Part shown: positions 45,467 through 50,766 of the stretch, one piece after another
Position numbering within the stretch: position 1 is the stretch's first letter
Layout: each line of letters begins with the position of its first letter
From: an uncultured bacterium
Lineage (GTDB): Bacteria; Auribacterota; JABMQX01; JAFGEW01
Reading direction: 5' to 3'
Length of the DNA stretch: 50,766 bases
Assembly: GCA_965369835.1 (NCBI GenBank)
Contig: CBDUSE010000003.1
Location: forward strand, 1 to 50,766
Notes under the pieces: model-generated
Database searches by the model: none
What the model was told of the DNA's origin: nothing
Seen by the model: the letters and a program-made list of their open reading frames with translations, nothing else
Translations under genes and position numbers: made by a program

Positions 45467-46783
45467 TCACGCATCCGCCAGCGAGCACATCAGCTCCGCC
45501 TCAGCCACCTTCTCCTCGCCGACGAATGCCGTTGCCTTGAACTTGGCGATCCGCGACCGAATCGCCACCGCCCTCGCCTCGAGGCGCAACTGGTCGCCCG
45601 GCATCACCGGCTTGCGGAAGCGGCACTTGTCCACGCTGGCGAAGTAGGCGATCTTGCTGTCGTTGCCCGACATGTTGAGCAGCAGGATCGCCCCTACCTG
45701 GGCCATCGCCTCGAGAATCAACACCCCCGGCATGACCGGACGCCCGGGGAAGTGTCCGCTAAAGAACGGCTCGTTGATCGTTACGTTCTTGATGCCGACG
45801 ATCCGTTCGTTCCCCTCGATCTCGACGATGCGGTCAACCAGCAGGAACGGATACCGGTGCGGCAGGACGCGCATGATCCGCGTGATATCGAACACCTCGC
45901 CCGTTTCGGGATGCACGACGCCCGGCGCCGGCGATTTCGTGGATTCCGTCATGGTGACTCTCTCTCTCAGCAAGCGGGTGAGCTTGATGTGTGACAGGTG
46001 GCCCGACTTGATCGCCACCACGTGCGCACGCAGCGGGCGCCCGAGAAGAAACAGGTCGCCCATCAGGTCGAGAATCTTGTGGCGAACGAACTCGTTGTGG
46101 AACCGCAGCCCGTCCTTCGTGAGGACCGCCTCGTCCTTGATGACCACCGCGTTGTCGAGGCTGCCGCCCTTGATCAGCCCGTTCCGCATGAGGTGCTCGA
46201 CCTCGTGATAGAAGCAGAACGTGCGCGACGGCGCGATCTCGTTGGCGAACGTCTCCTCGTTAATCGGCAGCGAGCAGTACTGGCTGTCGAGCCCCGGCCG
46301 CTCATAGCAGATCGTAGCCGAAATCCTGAGCAAGTCGGACGGCAGCACGATGAGCGTGACGCCATTCTCGGAGTAATGGATCGGCTCAGTCGGCGCGAAC
46401 CACCGTTTCGCCACGTCCTGCTCCTCGATGCCCGCCTCCTCGAGCATTGCCACGAACGGGCGCGCGCTGCCGTCGCCCACCGGCGGCTCGTTCGCATCCA
46501 CCTCGACGACGAGGTTATCAATACCGAAGCCCATCAGCGCCGCGAGCACGTGCTCGACGGTATGCACCTTCACACCGTTCGAGGCGATCGTCGTCCCGCG
46601 CACCACGTCGCTGACGTTCTCGATCAGCGCGTCAATCACCACCGGTTCGTCGGTGTCCGTGCGCACGAACTTCACACCGTGGTCCGGCGGCGCGGGCTTG
46701 AAGATGAGCCGAGTTTTGTTGCCGGTGTGCACGCCGATGCCCGCGTGGCTCACCTCGCGTTGAATCGTCCGCTGGCGTTCCAT
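45467..46783 (-). CDS. lpxC: Bifunctional UDP-3-O-acyl-GlcNAc deacetylase / 3-hydroxyacyl-ACP dehydratase (LpxC-FabZ fusion)
   Basis: The N-terminal LpxC part has GIGVHTGNK and HTVEHVLAAL. The C-terminal FabZ part has LPHRYPFLLVDRI and FFSGHFPGRPVMPGVL. The ATG at 46781-83 overlaps the lpxD stop. Confidence 0.9.
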   Translation of the reverse strand: MERQRTIQREVSHAGIGVHTGNKTRLIFKPAPPDHGVKFVRTDTDEPVVIDALIENVSDVVRGTTIASNGVKVHTVEHVLAALMGFGIDNLVVEVDANEPPVGDGSARPFVAMLEEAGIEEQDVAKRWFAPTEPIHYSENGVTLIVLPSDLLRISATICYERPGLDSQYCSLPINEETFANEIAPSRTFCFYHEVEHLMRNGLIKGGSLDNAVVIKDEAVLTKDGLRFHNEFVRHKILDLMGDLFLLGRPLRAHVVAIKSGHLSHIKLTRLLRERVTMTESTKSPAPGVVHPETGEVFDITRIMRVLPHRYPFLLVDRIVEIEGNERIVGIKNVTINEPFFSGHFPGRPVMPGVLILEAMAQVGAILLLNMSGNDSKIAYFASVDKCRFRKPVMPGDQLRLEARAVAIRSRIAKFKATAFVGEEKVAEAELMCSLADA

Positions 46784-47850
46784 CACTCACCCGCCGCCGG
46801 CGATCCCCTGGACCGCCGCAGCGCTTCCTCCAACTCGGCGACGCGCTGCTCGAGCGCGCGCACCTTCCGTGTCCACTCGGTCATCGTCGCGAGCGCCGCC
46901 TTGCCGCGCACATACTCCGCGTACGGGCGCGCCGGCATACCGGCCACCGTCTGGCCGGGCGGCACCGACTTGGTCACGCCCGCCCGCCCGGTGACAATAG
47001 CGCCATCGCCGACGCGGATGTGCCCGGCGAGGCCGGACTGGCCGGCAAGGATCACGTTGTCGCCGATTTCCGTGCTGCCGGAAATCCCGACTTGCGCGAT
47101 CACGAGTGTGTCCTCACCGATCTGGACATTGTGGGCGACCTGGACAAGGTTGTCAATCTTCGTGCCGCGCTTGATGAGCGTTGTGTCGAACCGCGCCCGG
47201 TCCACGCACACGTTGGCGCCGATCTCAACGTCGTCGCCGATCTCGACCGTGCCGACCTGGGGGACCTTCTCGTGCCGGCGGCCGATCTGCACGTACCCGT
47301 AACCGTCTGAGCCGATCACGGCGCCGCAGTGCACGATGACCCGGTCGCCGAGCACACACCGTTCGCGGACCGACACGTGCGGGTAGAGCAAGCAATCCGC
47401 GCCGATCGTCGCTTCTGTGCCGACGTAAACGAGCGGCGCCAGCACGGTCCGGTCGCCGATGCGCGCGCCGGCCTCAACGACGACGAAGGGGCCGATGGAA
47501 ACGTCCGTGCCGAGCGACGCGCCCGGATCCACCAGTGACCCGGGATGGACGCCAGGCTCTGGACGCGCCGGCGGAGGAAAGAGCATCTCGACGACCTGCG
47601 CGAACGCGAGCGACGGGTCCTCGTGCACCAGGCCGCTTCGGCCCTCGGGAACGGCAATCGCTTCCGAGACGATCACCGCCGAGGCGGACGTCGTCGCCAG
47701 GTCGCGCACGTAGCGGGGATTGGCCACGAACGTGATGTCCCCCGGCCCGGCATCGCGTATGCCTGCCACGCCGGTGATCTCGCATCGGGCGTCGCCGAAG
47801 AGCCGGCCGCCCGTGCGTTCGGCGATGTCTGCCAGGGTGTGTGCAGCCAC
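46783..47850 (-). CDS. lpxD: UDP-3-O-acylglucosamine N-acyltransferase
   Basis: GTG start. It has the N-terminal uridine-binding domain (LADIAERTGGRL), hexapeptide repeats and a C-terminal coiled helix. Confidence 0.9.
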   Translation of the reverse strand: MAAHTLADIAERTGGRLFGDARCEITGVAGIRDAGPGDITFVANPRYVRDLATTSASAVIVSEAIAVPEGRSGLVHEDPSLAFAQVVEMLFPPPARPEPGVHPGSLVDPGASLGTDVSIGPFVVVEAGARIGDRTVLAPLVYVGTEATIGADCLLYPHVSVRERCVLGDRVIVHCGAVIGSDGYGYVQIGRRHEKVPQVGTVEIGDDVEIGANVCVDRARFDTTLIKRGTKIDNLVQVAHNVQIGEDTLVIAQVGISGSTEIGDNVILAGQSGLAGHIRVGDGAIVTGRAGVTKSVPPGQTVAGMPARPYAEYVRGKAALATMTEWTRKVRALEQRVAELEEALRRSRGSPAAGE

Positions 47851-47857
47851 GCTTCGA

Positions 47858-48412
47858 TCAATCGCTCCCGTCCGAGTCCGTCTCCGCGTGCTCGTTATCG
47901 AAAAGCTCGTCGAGCTTTTTCAGCACTACGTCCGTGAGGTCCCGCGCCTCTTTGTTGTAGATGACGGCGACGCTGTTGAGCACGAGCTCCAACCCCTCCT
48001 CGGCCGCCACCTCGTTGACGATCGCCTTGACCTTCTCTTCGAGCTCCTTCATGTAATCGCGGCCCTGCTCCTGGATGGCCTTTTGCGCCTGAACCTCAAA
48101 CTCCTTGAGCTTCCTTACCTCCGCGGCGATCTCCTTGCGCTTCTCTATCTTGGCCTCTTCGGTCAGCAGCAACATCTCCATCTTGATCGTCTCGACCCGC
48201 TGCTCGGCCTCGTTGGCAAGCTTCTTCCTCTCATCCTGTTTCTGCTGGATCATGGCCTTGATGCGCTGTTCGTACTCCGCCTTGTACTTGCTTTCGTCGA
48301 GGACGCGCATAATATCCACGATCCCGATCTTGGCCGCCTCTGTACCGAGCGCCATCGGCCCCGCGATCAACGTAACGAGGACGATCGCTGCGACTGTGAC
48401 TCCGTATCTCAT
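47858..48412 (-). CDS. skp: OmpH/Skp-family periplasmic chaperone
   Basis: ORF 47858..48427. The ATG at 48412 follows GAGGAG. It has a signal peptide and Lys/Glu-rich coiled-coil arms. It sits between bamA and lpxD. Confidence 0.8.
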   Translation of the reverse strand: MRYGVTVAAIVLVTLIAGPMALGTEAAKIGIVDIMRVLDESKYKAEYEQRIKAMIQQKQDERKKLANEAEQRVETIKMEMLLLTEEAKIEKRKEIAAEVRKLKEFEVQAQKAIQEQGRDYMKELEEKVKAIVNEVAAEEGLELVLNSVAVIYNKEARDLTDVVLKKLDELFDNEHAETDSDGSD

Positions 48413-48442
48413 GGGTACTCCTCTCAAGCAAACGTGATCCGA

Positions 48443-50758
48443 TCAGAACTGAAATCCAAACGTGAAATCGAGCCGCGGCTTGTCGTCAACGAACTCGTCG
48501 CGATCAATCGGCCACGCGTAGTCAATGTTGAACGGGAACCCGCCGAACGCCGGGATCATAATCCGCAGACCGAATCCCGCGCCCGCCCGCAGGTCGCTCA
48601 GATCGTACGAGTAGGCGTCCTCCCACACGTTGCCTGTATCGTAAAAGACCGCCCCGCGAATCGGGGCGATGAGCGGGAACGTGTACTCGACCGAGAGCAG
48701 CAGGCTCGACTTGCCGCCCACCGGCCCGCCAAACTCGTCCTTGGGCCCGACGTCGCGGTAATCGAACCCGCGCACCGTGCGCCCACCGCCGAGAAAGAAC
48801 CGCTCGAAAATCGAGACGTCCTCGGAATCGCCGAACTCCTCGACCGCGCCGATCTCGCCCCGAAGCCTCACAACGTGGCCCTCGAACACCGAGACGTAGA
48901 GCGACGTCGCGAGCGTCTCCTTGTGGAACTCCTCGTCGCTGCCGAGGAGGTCCGCGCCGACTTCCTCGGCGAAAACGACCCGGGAGCCCCGCGTCGGCAT
49001 GAAAAAGCTGTCGCGCGTGTCGCGCACGAGCTGCCCCATGAGGCTGCCCACCGTCTTCTTGCCTGCCTCACGCTGAATCAGCTCCGAGGCGTCCTCCTCG
49101 ACGTCTATCTCGACTTCCTTGAGGGTGTAGCTGATCGTCCCTTTCACCCGGCGCCACAGCTTCTTCGAGAAATGCACGCTGAATCCGAGCTGGCTCTCGT
49201 CATAGTCGTCCGGCGTGAGGTAGTCGCGTTTGAACGCCTTGAAGCCGAAGGCAAGCTGCCGATCGAAGAACCACGGCTCTGTAAAGCTTAGTTCCGCGTC
49301 GCGGCGCTTCGTGCCGAAGTTGAACTTCAGCCGCGCCTTCTGCCCCCCGCCGCGGAACGATGGCCAGTTCTTAATGTCGAAATTGGACTGGCCGATCTCG
49401 ACCGTGCCCATCAAGCGATCAATCGAGCTGAACCCCACGCCGCCGAGCAAGCGGCCCGTATGCATCTCCTCGACCACCACCACCAGGTCGCGCACGTCCT
49501 CCTTCTCGGTCGGTTCGAGCAGCATGTCCACCTTCTCGAAGTACCGCAGGTTCACGAGCCTCGATCGCGACCTGCGCAGCTTCACCCCGTCGTAGTAGTC
49601 GCCCGGAACAAGGCTGATCTCGCGGCGGATCACCTTGTCCTTAGTCACGAGGTTGCCGGTGATCTCCACCTTGCCGATGCGGATGCGCCTGTTCTCCTCG
49701 ACCGCGTAGTGGATGTCGAGCACGTGCTCGCCCTCGCCCGGCGACAGGCGGCCGGCCACGCGCACGTCAACATAGCCTCGCTGCGAGTAGAAGTCGGCGA
49801 TCGCGCGCCGCTGCTCTTCCGCCGTGTCGGCGGCAAGCACGTCACCCTCACCGAGCAGCAACAGGTCGCGCAACGCCGCCTCGGGGAATGCCCGGATCCC
49901 GGAAAACGCCGTCCGGCCCGTCCGGTACTGCGGGCCCTCGACGACCGTGATCGTGAGCCGCACGGCGTCCTTGCGCCCCTCGATGAACTCCTCGACTGGC
50001 GCCTCGATCTTCACGTCGAGGTAGCCGAGCGAGCGCCCATGGGCGGCGAGCCGCAGCACGTCCTCCTCGAGGACCTCCCGGCGCAGCTTGCCGCGGCCCG
50101 TGATCCAGCTCAGCGCGTTGCGCCGCTTGGTTTTCATCAGCCGAAGCAGCGTGCGGCGCCGCGCGTGCTCGGCCCCGACGAACCGGATGTCGTACACGAT
50201 CGCCCGGCGGCCCTCACGGATGGTGATGAGCACCGTCACCTCGTTCGCCTTCCGGTCGTACTCGGGCTTGTGCACGACGGCCACGTCGTAGTAGCCCTTC
50301 TTCTCGTAAAGCTCGTAGATCTTGGCGATCCCCTCGACGAGCGCCACCTCGTTGTAGATCTCGCCGCGCCGGACCGAGATCCGCTTCTGCAGCGCCGCGG
50401 TCTTGTACCGCTCGTTGCCCTCGAACACGATCGCCTTGATCATCGGCTTCTCGCGGAAGCTGAAGATCACGCGCACACCGTCCTCGAGTGGCTGCGCCAG
50501 CACCGTGACCGAATTGAAGTAGCCGCTCTCGATGAGGCGGCGCTCGTCGGCGCTGACCGTGTCGCCCGAATACGGTTTGCCCACCTTGGTCTTGATCTTG
50601 AAAAAGACAATCCGCTTGCGGGTGCGTTGGAGACCTTGGAGGCGGATGTCTCGGACGATTTGCCCCTCGAACGACGTGCGCTCCTCGCTCGCGAGCGCCG
50701 AAGCCCAGACCAGGAAGAAAACGACGGTTCCACACAACAGCGCCAGGCGTCTCAGCAT
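48443..50758 (-). CDS. bamA: Outer membrane protein assembly factor BamA
   Basis: 771 aa with a signal peptide, POTRA repeats and an Omp85 beta-barrel ending in the aromatic terminus FTFGFQF. Confidence 0.9.
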   Translation of the reverse strand: MLRRLALLCGTVVFFLVWASALASEERTSFEGQIVRDIRLQGLQRTRKRIVFFKIKTKVGKPYSGDTVSADERRLIESGYFNSVTVLAQPLEDGVRVIFSFREKPMIKAIVFEGNERYKTAALQKRISVRRGEIYNEVALVEGIAKIYELYEKKGYYDVAVVHKPEYDRKANEVTVLITIREGRRAIVYDIRFVGAEHARRRTLLRLMKTKRRNALSWITGRGKLRREVLEEDVLRLAAHGRSLGYLDVKIEAPVEEFIEGRKDAVRLTITVVEGPQYRTGRTAFSGIRAFPEAALRDLLLLGEGDVLAADTAEEQRRAIADFYSQRGYVDVRVAGRLSPGEGEHVLDIHYAVEENRRIRIGKVEITGNLVTKDKVIRREISLVPGDYYDGVKLRRSRSRLVNLRYFEKVDMLLEPTEKEDVRDLVVVVEEMHTGRLLGGVGFSSIDRLMGTVEIGQSNFDIKNWPSFRGGGQKARLKFNFGTKRRDAELSFTEPWFFDRQLAFGFKAFKRDYLTPDDYDESQLGFSVHFSKKLWRRVKGTISYTLKEVEIDVEEDASELIQREAGKKTVGSLMGQLVRDTRDSFFMPTRGSRVVFAEEVGADLLGSDEEFHKETLATSLYVSVFEGHVVRLRGEIGAVEEFGDSEDVSIFERFFLGGGRTVRGFDYRDVGPKDEFGGPVGGKSSLLLSVEYTFPLIAPIRGAVFYDTGNVWEDAYSYDLSDLRAGAGFGLRIMIPAFGGFPFNIDYAWPIDRDEFVDDKPRLDFTFGFQF

Positions 50759-50766
50759 CCCATCCT

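Overview
This is a GC-rich chromosomal segment with strong GC3 bias in the real reading frames, from a diderm (LPS-producing) bacterium. It is densely packed with about 43 protein-coding genes.

Gene blocks in order:
- 102-1550: an aldehyde dehydrogenase.
- 1.55-2.6 kb: a non-coding island of GC hairpin repeats.
- 2.6-8.0 kb: envelope or secreted proteins. These are a frameshifted WG-repeat lipoprotein, a 4-TM membrane protein, and a secreted HExxH / TSP3-like / PA14 protein.
- 8.2-16.1 kb: a sodium:solute symporter with its small accessory protein, followed by iorAB, paaK, ACT, ACT and paaK (an arylpyruvate/arylacetate module).
- 16.2-24.9 kb: a sugar/polyol block (Gfo/Idh/MocA oxidoreductase, PfkB kinase, mannitol-DH-like, Zn-ADH, a HAD-like gene with an in-frame TAG) around a 2-oxoacid dehydrogenase E1alpha/E1beta/E2 trio.
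- 24.9-27.5 kb: an M1 aminopeptidase with a HEAT-repeat tail.
- 27.7-34.6 kb: a translationally coupled AddB/AddA helicase-nuclease pair.
- 34.6-37.0 kb: a flavin reductase and two tandem, domain-less secreted paralogues.
- 37.2-42.8 kb: a nikKMLQO-type ECF Ni/Co uptake operon followed by a NicO/RcnA-type permease fused to a periplasmic domain.
- 43.0-50.8 kb: OsmC and the classic bamA-skp-lpxD-lpxC/fabZ-lpxA-lpxI cluster.

I recognised no rRNA, tRNA, CRISPR array, transposase, integrase or phage genes.

I could not identify a clear-cut new multi-gene system. The best candidates for novelty are:
- the tandem secreted paralogues at 35.3-37.0 kb;
- a ~188-nt multi-hairpin element present twice, 42 kb apart, whose substitutions preserve plus-strand pairing;
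- the repeat island with a 51-bp perfect duplication and a REPIN-like pair;
- the unusual elaborations of the Ni/Co cluster (His-rich ATPase tail, NicO fusion, palindromic operator);
- AddAB with a degenerate AddB P-loop and Cys clusters in both subunits.

All functional calls come from motif recognition by eye. No database search was run.
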